64,000 nt of DNA, taken from the NCBI GenBank assembly GCA_963758295.1, contig CAVWUU010000001.1, positions 224,001 through 288,000 on the forward strand, read 5' to 3'. The stretch is from Candidatus Eremiobacteria bacterium (GTDB lineage: Bacteria > Vulcanimicrobiota > Vulcanimicrobiia > Vulcanimicrobiales > Vulcanimicrobiaceae). Position numbers and translations under genes: made by a program. Below, piece after piece: positions 13,704 through 22,952 of the stretch (position 1 is the stretch's first letter; every line of letters starts with the position of its first letter). Below the pieces are notes generated by a model. That model had not been told where the DNA came from, did not search any database, and was given only the letters and a program-made list of their open reading frames with translations.

Positions 13704-14128
13704 ATCAACCCGTTGTCCAATCAGACGACATAGACGTCGTCGAACTGCGCGTTCCGTGCAAGGCCGAATGGGTAGCTCTCGCCCGGCTTTCCGTTGCCGC
13801 AGTCGCCAGCCGTTTGCACTTCTCGATAGACGAGATCGAAGACATCAAATTGGCGGTTGCCGAAGCGTGCACCAACGCAATCCAGCACGCACACGGCAGC
13901 GCCTATATTGAGATCAAATGCGAAGCTTTGGAGCAGGGCTTGCGCATCAGCGTGCGTGACTACGGACGTGGAACGCGTCCGGAGACGATCCGCTCTCGCA
14001 ACCTCGAAGAAGAACGCGTGGGCGGACTGGGCGTGTTCCTGATTCGGTCTTTGATGGACGATGTGAGCTACGACGTTCATCCCGAAAACGGAACGCAGCT
14101 CATCATGCTCAAACGATTGCCTGGGTAA
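13700..14128 (+). CDS. rsbW: Anti-sigma factor Ser kinase (RsbW)
   Basis: DIKLAVAEACTNAIQHA, VRDYG, GGLGVFLIRSLMDDV. Confidence 0.93.
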   Translation: MNQPVVQSDDIDVVELRVPCKAEWVALARLSVAAVASRLHFSIDEIEDIKLAVAEACTNAIQHAHGSAYIEIKCEALEQGLRISVRDYGRGTRPETIRSRNLEEERVGGLGVFLIRSLMDDVSYDVHPENGTQLIMLKRLPG

Positions 14129-14131
14129 AAA

Positions 14132-14938
14132 GTGCAAGAACGAGACATCGACGTGCGCTCGGAAAGAGAGCGGACGCGCGAACTCTTTGGCCGCTTTGCG
14201 ACGGCGCGGGGGCGTCACAACGAGCAGCCCGAACGGCGTGATGCCGAATACGAGCAACTGCGCAACGATCTCGTCGTAGCGCATCTTAATCTCGTGCGTT
14301 TCCTCGCGCTCAAGTTCGCCAATCGCGGCGAACCGCTGGACGATCTCGTTCAGGTGGGAACCGTCGGTTTGCTCAAAGCGATCGACCGCTTCGAGCTGGA
14401 CCGCGGCGTGGAATTCACCACCTACGCTACCCCGACCATCGTCGGCGAAATCAAGCGCTATTTTCGCGACAAGGGCTGGGCAGTCAAGGTTCCGCGCCGG
14501 CTTCAGGAGCTCAATCTCTCGGTCAATCGCGCGAACGAAAAGATGGCGGTCGAACTTGGACGCAGTCCTACGGTCGCGGAGCTGGCCGAACGGCTGAACG
14601 CGACCGAAGAAGAGATCCTCGAAGCTCAAGAACTCGGACAAGCCTACAATTTGCTTTCGCTCGATTCCGAAGTTTCCGGCGAAGGCGAAAAGAAGTCGCA
14701 GACGCTTGCAGATACGGTCGGCATGACGGACTCCGGCCTCGAGATGCTGGAAGATCGCGCCAACCTGGAGCGGGCGTTCCACGTCCTCACCGGTCGCGAA
14801 CGCGTAATCATCTACTTGCGGTTCTACGAGTCCGTCTCGCAGACCGAGATTGCCAAGCGCCTCAACGTGTCTCAGATGCACGTATCGCGTCTGCAGGCCA
14901 AGGCGCTCGAGAAGCTTCGCTCGGTCCTAAAAGAGTAG
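14132..14938 (+). CDS. sigB: RNA polymerase sigma factor, SigB/SigF/SigG family
   Basis: DDLVQVGTVGLLKAIDRF, YATPTIVGEIKRYFRD, SQMHVSRL; follows rsbV-rsbW. Confidence 0.92.
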   Translation: MQERDIDVRSERERTRELFGRFATARGRHNEQPERRDAEYEQLRNDLVVAHLNLVRFLALKFANRGEPLDDLVQVGTVGLLKAIDRFELDRGVEFTTYATPTIVGEIKRYFRDKGWAVKVPRRLQELNLSVNRANEKMAVELGRSPTVAELAERLNATEEEILEAQELGQAYNLLSLDSEVSGEGEKKSQTLADTVGMTDSGLEMLEDRANLERAFHVLTGRERVIIYLRFYESVSQTEIAKRLNVSQMHVSRLQAKALEKLRSVLKE

Positions 14939-14965
14939 GGCGCTCTAGTTCTCTTAATTCTATAG

Positions 14966-14994
14966 TTGACAAAGCGGCGCAGGCCCGGTAGCAT
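14966..14994 (+). promoter_or_regulatory. Sigma70-type promoter of the pentapeptide-repeat gene
   Basis: TTGACA-17 bp-TAGCAT. Confidence 0.65.
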
Positions 14995-15030
14995 ACTCTT
15001 AAATCGTTAGTTGATAGAGGGGTGCCCGGC

Positions 15031-15726
15031 ATGCGTCGCTTTTTCTTTGGTGTTTTGGCCGCTACGCTCGTAGCCGCCGCGGCCGCTCATGCCGACGAAC
15101 GGATCGTCCGCTTCGACGGCGACCGCTCGACGTGCATTCGCTCGCATCAGCCGGGTGCCGACTGGCACGGGCGCGATCTTCACGGTCAAAGCATCCGCGA
15201 TATCGACCTGCGCGGCGCTAATCTTTCGGGGGCCGATCTTCACGGCGCCTCGCTCGAATGCGTGAACCTCAACGGCGCCGACCTTCGCAGCGCGAACCTG
15301 CGCAAGGCCGATTTAACGGGCGTTGACCTCCGCGGCGTGCGATTGAACGGCGCCACCCTCGACGGTATGAACGCAACCGGAGTGGACCTCACGGGTTCGA
15401 CCGTGCAATCGGTGTCCGACGATGCCCTCCACCAGCTGCTGCACGACTGTACCGGCTGCAATTTGGCCGGCGTCGACCTGCGCCGCCGCAACCTCAGCGC
15501 TCTTTCCCTGACCGGCGCGAACTTCTCGGGCGCCGACCTGCGCGATGCGAACCTCTCGCGTGCCAACCTTAACGGCGTGAACTTCAATCGTGTCCGCTTC
15601 GCAGGCGCTAATTTCGCGGGCGCTACGCTGACCGGCTGCAGCCTCTCCGGGGCCGACCTGAGAAACACGAATTTCGGCGAGGCGCACGGCGTGGGCTTGG
15701 ACATGCGGGACGTGCAGATCCCGTAG
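15031..15726 (+). CDS. Exported pentapeptide-repeat protein
   Basis: Signal peptide MRRFFFGVLAATLVAAAAAHA; many A(D/N)LxG repeats in two blocks; CTGC. Confidence 0.9.
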   Translation: MRRFFFGVLAATLVAAAAAHADERIVRFDGDRSTCIRSHQPGADWHGRDLHGQSIRDIDLRGANLSGADLHGASLECVNLNGADLRSANLRKADLTGVDLRGVRLNGATLDGMNATGVDLTGSTVQSVSDDALHQLLHDCTGCNLAGVDLRRRNLSALSLTGANFSGADLRDANLSRANLNGVNFNRVRFAGANFAGATLTGCSLSGADLRNTNFGEAHGVGLDMRDVQIP

Positions 15727-15784
15727 TCCGCAAAGGCTGTAGGAGGCAACGGCTCCGGTCTGCTATCATCTCCCGTTGAACCCT

Positions 15785-18397
15785 ATGAAAAGCCAAGAAC
15801 TCCGCCAGGCTTGGATTGACTTTTTCGTCTCCAAGCAACACAAGCTGCTCCCCTCGGCGAGCCTCATTCCCGACGAGATGAGCACGACGCTCTTCACCAT
15901 CGCGGGCATGGAGCAGTTCGTCCCGGTCTTCCTCGGCGACCAGCCGGCGCCGGCGCCCCGCGCCGTCACGGTTCAGCGCTGCCTTCGGGTGGCCGGTGCG
16001 AAGAGCGACATCGAAAACGTCGGGCGCACGGGACGGCACGGCACGTTCTTGGAGATGCTTGGCAATTTCAGCTTCGGTGACTACTACAAACGCGAAGCTA
16101 TCGCGTGGGCATGGGAATTTTCCACGAAGGTTCTCAAACTGGATCCCGCGCGAATTTACGTCACCGTTCATACCTCCGACGACGAAGCCGAGCAAATTTG
16201 GGTGAACGAAATCGGGCTCGAGAAGTCGCACGTTTCCCGCTGGGACGAGGACAATTTCTGGACGATGGGTCCAACCGGTCCATGCGGTCCGTGTAGCGAG
16301 CTCTTTTACGACACAGGTGAAGAGCACGCGAGCGGTCCCGGCGATACGGGTCCGAATCTAGGCAATCGTTTCGTCGAGTACTGGAACGTCGTCTTTCAAC
16401 AGTACAATCGCGCGGCCGGCGGAGCGATGACGGAACTGCCGCGTAAATCGATCGACACGGGTGCGGGTTTCGAACGCATGCTGGCGCTCGTGAACCGCCA
16501 GGCGTCGATGTACGACACCGATCTGTTCACGGATTTGATCGCCGCGCAGCCGCCGATCGGCCAAACCTCTCTCGATGCAAAAGCGCAGCGCGAACGCCAA
16601 AACATCATCGCGGATCATGCGCGCGCCGTAACGTTTCTTATCAACGACGGAATCTATCCGTCGAACACGGACCGCGGCTACGTTCTGCGTTTCCTGATCC
16701 GCCGCGCGATTCGCAACGGGCGATTGCTAGGATATCCAAACGGATTCCTCACCGAACTCGTCCCGGCGGTCGTAGCTTCGCTGGCCCCGGGCTATCCCGA
16801 ATTGCGCGAGCACCAAGCGCGCATCCAGCAAACGCTGCGGGCTGAAGAACAGACTTTCGATCGCACGTTGGAACGTGGAATGGCGATGCTGGACCGGCTA
16901 ATCGACGATGCGACCGCGAACGGCACGCGCTTGATCTCCGGCAACGACGCTTTTACACTGCACGACACCTACGGGTTCCCGGTTGAATTAACGCGTGAAG
17001 TTGCGGGCGACAGTGAGGTCGCTGTCGACGCGGCTGCATTCGAAGTCGCGATGAACGAACAACGCGAACGCGCCCGGCGCGACGCTGCTTCCAAACGCGC
17101 CGTTGTGACGATTGCCGAATTGCCCGCGATAAAGAGCACCTTCACCGGCTACGAAGGGCTCGAAAGCAACGGTGAAATCATGGTTGCGCTGCGGGACGAC
17201 AAGCCGGTGGAAACGTTGAACGCCGGCGAGCGCGGCGTGCTCGTGCTCGATCGCACGTCATTCTACGCGGAGCGCGGCGGGCAAATCGGCGACCGCGGCG
17301 AGTTGACCGCGGATGACGGCTCGGTTTTCCTCGTGGAAGATACGCAGTACATGGGTGAAGCGATCGCTCATCACGGCATCGTGAAGAGCGGCGAATTCAA
17401 CGCGGGCGAACGCGTCCACACACGCGTTCACGATTGGTGGCGCCGGGAAATTCGTCGTCATCATACTTCCGCGCATTTGCTCCAGCGCGCGCTCAAAGAC
17501 GTGTTGGGCGACGACGTTGCGCAGGCCGGCTCGTGGGTCGGCGTGGATCGCATGCGATTCGACTTCCGCTGGACCGCCGGCGCGCTCACGCCGGATCAAA
17601 AGCGCGCCGTCGTATCGCGGGTGAACGAAATGATTCGCGACGATTCCGAGGTGGTCACACGCGAGCTCCCCATCGAAGAAGCCAAACAAACCGGCGCAAT
17701 CTGGATGTTCGGCGAGAAGTACGGTGAAAGCGTTCGCGTGTTGCAGGCAGGCTCGTCCGTGGAGTTTTGCGGCGGCACGCACGCGCACTCGACCGGTGAA
17801 CTCGGCTTGTTCCTGATTCTGAACGAGTCGTCAATTGGCAGCGGCATCCGCCGCATTGAAAGCGTGGTTTCTCGGGCAGCAGAAGACCATGCGACGCGTC
17901 AGCAAGACGTGGTGAGCGAGCTTGCCGCGACGCTCGCGTCGTCGCCGGACGAACTCGGCGAGCGCGTGAACAAGCTTCAGCGCGACCTCCGGGATCTTCA
18001 GACGGCCGTCGGCCAACTGAAGGCGCGATTAGCTTCAGCCGACGCTCAAACGTATGTCGAGCGAGCCGAGCGCAAGGGCGATCGCACCTTCGTCGGCGCC
18101 GTCGTGCCCGAGGCGAACGCCGAGGCGTTGCGTCATCTCAGCGGTGCATTGCGTTCGCGCTTACCGAGCGGCGTGATTGCACTTGCCGGCGTCGACAACG
18201 GCACCGTGAGTCTCATCGTTTCCGCGAGCGACGATTTGGTGAAAACCGGCGTTCATGCCGGCAACCTCGTGAAGCTCGCTGCACCGCTGGTCGGCGGAAA
18301 AGGCGGCGGTGCGCCGGCTCAAGCGCAAGGCGGAGGTAAAGACGCCTCGGGGGCGGATGCCGCGCTGAACGCTATCCGGGAAGCCGTTCTCGCTTAG
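15785..18397 (+). CDS. alaS: Alanine--tRNA ligase
   Basis: RHGTFLEMLGNFSFGDY, GPCGPCSE, HHTSAHLL editing motif, FCGGTH, GGKGGG. Confidence 0.99.
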   Translation: MKSQELRQAWIDFFVSKQHKLLPSASLIPDEMSTTLFTIAGMEQFVPVFLGDQPAPAPRAVTVQRCLRVAGAKSDIENVGRTGRHGTFLEMLGNFSFGDYYKREAIAWAWEFSTKVLKLDPARIYVTVHTSDDEAEQIWVNEIGLEKSHVSRWDEDNFWTMGPTGPCGPCSELFYDTGEEHASGPGDTGPNLGNRFVEYWNVVFQQYNRAAGGAMTELPRKSIDTGAGFERMLALVNRQASMYDTDLFTDLIAAQPPIGQTSLDAKAQRERQNIIADHARAVTFLINDGIYPSNTDRGYVLRFLIRRAIRNGRLLGYPNGFLTELVPAVVASLAPGYPELREHQARIQQTLRAEEQTFDRTLERGMAMLDRLIDDATANGTRLISGNDAFTLHDTYGFPVELTREVAGDSEVAVDAAAFEVAMNEQRERARRDAASKRAVVTIAELPAIKSTFTGYEGLESNGEIMVALRDDKPVETLNAGERGVLVLDRTSFYAERGGQIGDRGELTADDGSVFLVEDTQYMGEAIAHHGIVKSGEFNAGERVHTRVHDWWRREIRRHHTSAHLLQRALKDVLGDDVAQAGSWVGVDRMRFDFRWTAGALTPDQKRAVVSRVNEMIRDDSEVVTRELPIEEAKQTGAIWMFGEKYGESVRVLQAGSSVEFCGGTHAHSTGELGLFLILNESSIGSGIRRIESVVSRAAEDHATRQQDVVSELAATLASSPDELGERVNKLQRDLRDLQTAVGQLKARLASADAQTYVERAERKGDRTFVGAVVPEANAEALRHLSGALRSRLPSGVIALAGVDNGTVSLIVSASDDLVKTGVHAGNLVKLAAPLVGGKGGGAPAQAQGGGKDASGADAALNAIREAVLA

Positions 18398-19104
18398 ATG
18401 TTTGTGCGCCGTTTGTCGACGGTTTTGCTCGCGTTCGCCGCATTGCTCGGTGCAGCGCCGAAGATGGCCGTCCCGTTCGATTCTCAGATCGTTCTGCAGC
18501 GCTACGAACTCGAGATGACGGATCTTGTCACGCCGAAAGCGATGATCTTTAGCTATAGCGTATCGCAAGCGGGTCCGACGAACATCGAGCAGCGTCATCG
18601 TGTGTATCGCCAAGGGCTCGACGTCCGCGACGAAACGATTGCGGTGAACGGCCAGCAGCTTGCGCGCAAAGTCGTGCGAATCGGACATCGCCCCGATCGC
18701 TATACACTTGCGCGGCTTGCGCCACGGACCGCTTCCTATGAATTCGTCTTTGTGCGCACGATCAAACAAGGCGCGCACCTGCAGTACGTTTACGACGCCA
18801 TGCCGCTGGAAACGGCCACCTCGGGATTTGTCGTGAAGCGGCTGATCATCGACGGCGAGCGATTTTTGCCGAGCACGATTGCGTTTTCCACGGTGGGCGC
18901 CGTTGCCGTGGAAACGGGCAAATCGATTTTGCGGGCGCGGGAAAATATTGGGTGCCGCTTTCGGTAAACGTCGATGGCGCGATTTCCGGAAAGCTTGCGC
19001 GGGAGCGGATTGCTTGGAGCGATTACAGCTTTCCGTCGAACTTGCCGGCATCGACGTTCCAGGGCGCAAAACCGCTCCCGCATGCAACGCTGCCTCCCAT
19101 TTGA
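18398..19104 (+). CDS. Exported hypothetical protein, frameshifted near 18906
   Basis: Signal peptide; adding one C at GCC(C)GT extends the frame through RGNGQIDF...WSDYSFPSNLPASTF...LPPI* at 19104. Confidence 0.7.
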
Positions 19105-19110
19105 GCCGGC

Positions 19111-20541
19111 GTGGGTGCGTTTCTCGTCCCTCTCGCGCTCTACGTTCTTAGCGGTTATCGCGACGTAACATACTGGGACGTCGGCGAGATGGACACGGTG
19201 CCGTGGATCTTCGGCATCGCGCATCCACCGGGGTTTCCTCTCTATATCATCATTGCGTGGCTGTTTACGCACCTGATTCCAATCGGCAGCGTGGCGTTTC
19301 GCATGACGCTCCTTAGCGCGATCGCAACGAGCATTGCGTGCTGGTGTATCGCCCGCATGGTGCGAGACGCGACGAACGATCGCGCCGCCGCTTTGAGCTC
19401 TGCCATCACCTTTGGGTTTGGCCTGATCGTGTGGACGCGCGCGACGCGCGCGGAAGTGCACGCCGTCGAAACGGCATTCTTCGCGGCGATGCTGCTCTTC
19501 GCGCTGCGTTGGTACCGCGGTTTACGCAAACGCGATTTGTTGACGGCGGCGGTGTTTTACGGATTCGCGCTTGCCGTGCATCCGGTCGCCTTGATCGCAC
19601 TGCCCGGCCTGCTGGTACTCTTTATCGCGCGTATTGACGAAAGCGATCCGCGGACGTTGCTCGCGAGCGTTGCAACCGCGTTCTTTTGCGCCGCTCTCTG
19701 GTTTCTCTATCTTCCCTTGCGCAGCGCTTTCATTTCAACGCACGGCCTCGATCCGGTCGCGGCGCTCGGAATGCCGGGATCGGCATTTTGGGATTACCAT
19801 CACCCGGCGAGCCTTGAGGGGTTTCTCGCCTTGATCGGCGCTCGAGACATCGACGTGCACGGGGCGGTAACCGGCGCTTTCAACGGCGATGCCATGCCGT
19901 CGGCTCTTGCGTCCGCGTTCGTAACGCTCGCGAAAGAATTCGGCTTTGCGGGTATCGCGTTCGTCGCAGCCGGCGCCCTCGTCCTATTTCGCAGGGATCG
20001 CGTGCAACTCGCGGCTCTTTTAGTGATTGCCGTCGCGGGCGCGCTCTTTGCGGGCAGTTTCCACGACGAGTCAGATCGCGCGCGCTACTTTTTGGAAGCC
20101 TTTGTCGTCGCTGCTTACCTTTTCGGTATCGGTTTTGCCGCGTTGTGTGCGCGCGGGCGCCGAACCAAGTTTGCGAGTATCGTGGCGGCCGCGGCTATCG
20201 CGACGCTGCTGTTATGGCAAGGACGCGTGCTTTTCGGCCAGCCGCACGACGACCGCGCGCGCAAAGAAGTGAGCGAAGTGCTGGCGCGGACGCCGGCGGA
20301 CGCGATCGTCGTAAGTACGTGGGTGCTCGCGCCGCCACTAGCTTATACGTCCTACGTGGAGCGCTCCGCGGGGCGGCGCACGATCGTACCGGCATGGTAT
20401 GGCGACACAAGCGATTTGCTGTCCGGTTGGACGAAATTGCGGCCGGTCTTTGTCGCCGGAACGCCCGAAGGAAGCGTTCCCGGCTTTCGCCTTGAACGGC
20501 TCCCGACGCACACCGAACTCTATCGCGTGGTACACGAGTGA
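19111..20541 (+). CDS. DUF2723/TMEM260-like GT-C membrane glycosyltransferase
   Basis: WDVGEM, GIAHPPGFPLY, ATRAEVH; many TM segments. Confidence 0.8.
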   Translation: MGAFLVPLALYVLSGYRDVTYWDVGEMDTVPWIFGIAHPPGFPLYIIIAWLFTHLIPIGSVAFRMTLLSAIATSIACWCIARMVRDATNDRAAALSSAITFGFGLIVWTRATRAEVHAVETAFFAAMLLFALRWYRGLRKRDLLTAAVFYGFALAVHPVALIALPGLLVLFIARIDESDPRTLLASVATAFFCAALWFLYLPLRSAFISTHGLDPVAALGMPGSAFWDYHHPASLEGFLALIGARDIDVHGAVTGAFNGDAMPSALASAFVTLAKEFGFAGIAFVAAGALVLFRRDRVQLAALLVIAVAGALFAGSFHDESDRARYFLEAFVVAAYLFGIGFAALCARGRRTKFASIVAAAAIATLLLWQGRVLFGQPHDDRARKEVSEVLARTPADAIVVSTWVLAPPLAYTSYVERSAGRRTIVPAWYGDTSDLLSGWTKLRPVFVAGTPEGSVPGFRLERLPTHTELYRVVHE

Positions 20542-21665
20542 AGCGAATTAAGCCGTCCGTTATAGCGGGCCTCATTGCGTTTTTCGTTATCCTGATCGTC
20601 TCCCGGGGCCGCGCCACACCGTACAACAATTACGTGTTGCTCGCGCAGGCTCTGCTGCACGGGCATGCATGGATCGATTGGCCGGGCGCCTATATCGACG
20701 CGCTTGCGTATAACGGACAGCATTGGATCATCGAAGCGCCCATGCCGGCATTCCTATTGGTTCCCGTCGTAGCGATTCTCGGGACGGCAAATCAGACAAT
20801 GCTTGCGGTGGTGCTGGGCGCGGTATCGATCGGCGCTGCCTGGGAGCTGGGCGAGCGGTGGCAAGTTCCGCGCGCGCACGTCGCATGGATCGTCGCGTTT
20901 CTGCTTGCCGGAACCGATCTGTTGTGGTGCGCGATGCTTGGCGACGTGTGGTTCATCGCGCATGTCGCGTCTGTATGCTTCACGTTGCTCGCCTTAGTGG
21001 AGCTTGCGGGAAAGAAGCGCGGATGGCTCGTCGCGTTGTGGGCCGGTTGTGCGTTCGAGTCGCGTTTCACGCTCGTGCTGGCGGTGCCCGTTTACGCGTA
21101 CTTCCTGCAGAGCCGCCGTCAGCTCGCGCCGTTTGGCGCCGTCCTCGGTGCATTCGCGCTGTTTTGGATCGGCTACAACCTTGCGCGCTGGGGCACGTGG
21201 TACGACATCGGTTACACCACGTGGTACCACCAAGACCAGGTGGGTCTCCCGTACGGCTCGCCGTTCAAACTCCGCTATCTCGGCTACGAGCTCTATTCGT
21301 TTTTCGTCCAATGGCCACAGCGTTTGCCGGCATTTCCGTGGCTCGCGCCGTCGCTCGGCGGAGTGGCGATCACGTGGACTTCGCCGGCCTTACTTCTCGC
21401 GTTCTTCGCACGCCGCCCCGCAACGTGGGTGCTGCCGCTATGGATCCTCGCCGTTATCACGGCGTTGCCGAACTTCGTGTATTACGTCAACGGCTTCGCG
21501 CAGTTCGGCATGCGCCACGCGCTCGATTTCGAGCCGTATCTGGTTGCGTTGATGTTCCTCGCGGTGAGAGAAAAAATGCCGCGATGGAGTTACGTGCTTA
21601 TCGCTTACTCCATCGCGGTTGGTTTATGGGGCTGCTGGTATTGGAACGCCGTCGTGCGTCCCTAA
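20538..21665 (+). CDS. Polytopic membrane protein, probable GT-C glycosyltransferase
   Basis: Multiple TM segments, YNLARWG, QFGMRHALDFEP; translationally coupled to the previous gene. Confidence 0.6.
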   Translation: MKRIKPSVIAGLIAFFVILIVSRGRATPYNNYVLLAQALLHGHAWIDWPGAYIDALAYNGQHWIIEAPMPAFLLVPVVAILGTANQTMLAVVLGAVSIGAAWELGERWQVPRAHVAWIVAFLLAGTDLLWCAMLGDVWFIAHVASVCFTLLALVELAGKKRGWLVALWAGCAFESRFTLVLAVPVYAYFLQSRRQLAPFGAVLGAFALFWIGYNLARWGTWYDIGYTTWYHQDQVGLPYGSPFKLRYLGYELYSFFVQWPQRLPAFPWLAPSLGGVAITWTSPALLLAFFARRPATWVLPLWILAVITALPNFVYYVNGFAQFGMRHALDFEPYLVALMFLAVREKMPRWSYVLIAYSIAVGLWGCWYWNAVVRP

Positions 21666-21668
21666 GCT

Positions 21669-22079
21669 TTAATAGCTCGTCGCGCGCATCGGCAAACCGC
21701 CGATCGCCGGCCGCGGAGCATTCGGCGCCTGCGCGGGCTGCGGCGGCTGCGAGGCTTCCGTATCGGCCGAGTAGCGAAGTGCGAGCATGTAAGCGAGATA
21801 GTCATTGTAGGCTTCGCATTCGCCTTGAATCGTGAAGCAGCGGGCGATCCACATCGGCACCGTGACGAACAGTCCGACGCCGGTGAAGAGCGCGATCGTC
21901 ATGAGGATGCCACGCTTGAAGTTGCCCATATAGTACGATTCGCCGCCGACGACTCCGAGCAACGCGGCAAGGACGAGACCGACAAGCGGGTCCTTCGCTA
22001 GCTGGCGGTACTCGTACGCATACGCGCCTTGGCTTTCGGGGCGAACGTAGGCGAGCAGCATCTGGGCGTACGGTGTCAT
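21669..22079 (-). CDS. TM2-domain membrane protein
   Basis: KDPLVGLVLAALLGVVGGESYYMG; ATG 22079 with GGAGGA RBS. Confidence 0.75.
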   Translation of the reverse strand: MTPYAQMLLAYVRPESQGAYAYEYRQLAKDPLVGLVLAALLGVVGGESYYMGNFKRGILMTIALFTGVGLFVTVPMWIARCFTIQGECEAYNDYLAYMLALRYSADTEASQPPQPAQAPNAPRPAIGGLPMRATSY

Positions 22080-22120
22080 TTTTTTGTCCTCCGTCCAAGC
22101 TACGATGGGGCCTCGAAATT

Positions 22121-22144
22121 GTTTCAAGCGCCCGGGCTGGGTAG
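22121..22144 (+). promoter_or_regulatory. Putative SigB/SigF-type promoter
   Basis: GTTT-N14-GGGTAG, 10 nt before the GTG of the SpoIIE phosphatase gene. Confidence 0.55.
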
Positions 22145-22154
22145 GAATTCCAGC

Positions 22155-22952
22155 GTGAGCTATGAGGAAAGAGAAACCGGTTCGGCCGAAGTGCGGGAGC
22201 ATCCCGGCAAGTACCCCGAGGCGGACGACCCCCTCGTTAACGCGGTCGCACGGTACGTCTTCGCACCGAAAGCGGAGCATATAGAAAATGTCGAGTATGC
22301 CATCGAGTACGAGCTAGCCGACCGCTATGCCGGTGGCGACGTGCTGGACGTGTACCGCTTTGACAACGGCAGCATCGCTTTTCTCGCAGCCGACGTCTCG
22401 GGGCGCGGAGCTCAAGCTGCGATGCGAGCCACCCTTCTCAAATTCGCATCGCGCGCCTATGCTTCGGCGGGCATGACGGCCGAAGCGGTGATGCAAAGCC
22501 TAGACCGCCTATACATAGAGAACAACGCGTTCGAGAACCGCGATTCCTTTGCCACGGTGTTCTTCGGGCATATCGATAACGCACGCAAAATTATGAATTA
22601 CTCCTCCGCCGCTCACGATCTGGCGATCCTCGTGAGTCCCGGCAAGGAGCCGGAATTTCTCCCTATAACTGCTCCGCTGCTCGGCTTTTTCGACCAACGC
22701 CGCAAGATGTTCCAGCATCGGTTCATTGACCTGGTGCCCGGCAGTGTCTTGGTAGTTGCAACTGACGGTATTACGGAATCGCGCAACGCCGATGGAGAGT
22801 TCTTTGGGGAAGAGCGGCTGCTTGACCTCATTCGTATAAAACGCGATGCGCCAATGAGCGAGCTGGCAAATGCGACTCTTGAATCCGCGCTCGGGTTTGC
22901 CGAAAATTCGGCGCGCGACGACATGGCTGTCATCGCCGTGAGGTTCTTATGA
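22155..22952 (+). CDS. PP2C/SpoIIE-family Ser/Thr phosphatase (RsbU-like, stand-alone)
   Basis: GGDVLD, ADVSGRG, TDGITE, DDMAVI; the start codon is uncertain. Confidence 0.88.
   Translation: MSYEERETGSAEVREHPGKYPEADDPLVNAVARYVFAPKAEHIENVEYAIEYELADRYAGGDVLDVYRFDNGSIAFLAADVSGRGAQAAMRATLLKFASRAYASAGMTAEAVMQSLDRLYIENNAFENRDSFATVFFGHIDNARKIMNYSSAAHDLAILVSPGKEPEFLPITAPLLGFFDQRRKMFQHRFIDLVPGSVLVVATDGITESRNADGEFFGEERLLDLIRIKRDAPMSELANATLESALGFAENSARDDMAVIAVRFL

Noticed and set aside
15160..15700. Repetitive DNA (GCCGACCT, AACCTC units) as a possible CRISPR array or tandem repeat
   Set aside because: Explained by pentapeptide-repeat coding; no constant repeat with unique spacers, and no cas genes in the window
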